From contig OZ241329.1 of assembly GCA_965199825.1 (NCBI GenBank), forward strand, positions 1,312,001 through 1,376,000: a stretch of DNA of 64,000 nucleotides, given 5' to 3'. The notes beneath the pieces were generated by a model, which made no database searches, had not been told where the DNA came from, and saw only the letters and a program-made list of their open reading frames with translations. Within the stretch, counting starts at the first letter, position 1. Every line of letters starts with the position of its first letter. This stretch comes from Bdellovibrionales bacterium. Lineage in GTDB: Bacteria > Bdellovibrionota > Bdellovibrionia > Bdellovibrionales > UBA1609. Made by a program: the position numbers and the translations under genes. This document shows positions 63,782 to 64,000 of the stretch, one piece after another.

Positions 63782-64000
63782 ATGAAATTCATTTTATTTT
63801 TTTCGTTTTTGATTCCAAATTCAGTTTTTGCGGCGGTCGAGAACCCATTCTCAGATTGGGTTGAGCAGCTTGACTCAAATCGTTTCCGAAATGCTGATTG
63901 GATTCGCTTTCAAGAAGCCGATGATCTTATCAGTCATTATTCGTCACGCCCTGAGGATAATCCAACAGAGGGCCTTAAAAAACTCAGCGCTGTTTTGATC
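63782..64000 (+). CDS. Partial hypothetical secreted protein (runs off the window)
   Basis: MKFILFFSFLIPNSVFA|AVENPF..., open to the window end. Confidence 0.7.
   Translation, partial: MKFILFFSFLIPNSVFAAVENPFSDWVEQLDSNRFRNADWIRFQEADDLISHYSSRPEDNPTEGLKKLSAVLI

Overview
Bacterial chromosomal window, about 43% GC by eye. It is most likely from a Bdellovibrionota-like (predatory) organism; this is inferred from the gene families present (fibre adhesins with S74 chaperones, an FNNC-type lipoprotein signal, a DUF222-like HNH protein and sigma28-type promoters). No rRNA, tRNA, CRISPR or phage structural genes were recognised. Main contents: (1) three tandem secreted paralogues (1588-7066) whose C-terminal 76-86 aa align by eye with RelE-family mRNA interferases, including K52/K54/R61 equivalents in two copies and a terminal His in all three, with no antitoxin gene alongside; this is the best candidate for an undescribed system. 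(2) A ~24 kb minus-strand cluster: a FecR/beta-barrel protein, an Ig-like lipoprotein, five mosaic fibre adhesins, a LamG protein, a GH5 glucanase and a RibD-like reductase. (3) An HNH nuclease gene next to an irregular array of 12 GGCACGA motifs; the same core is amplified 9.3 kb away as a 25-copy 19-bp tandem repeat lying between a marR-family gene and a diverged copy of its 3' end. (4) Housekeeping and stress genes (AlkB-like, SDR, DTW, truC, TolC plus CzcA-like, MFS, anmK pseudogene, katG, nhaA, catalase-like, azoR) and five histidine kinases. All family calls come from motif recognition; no database searches were run.
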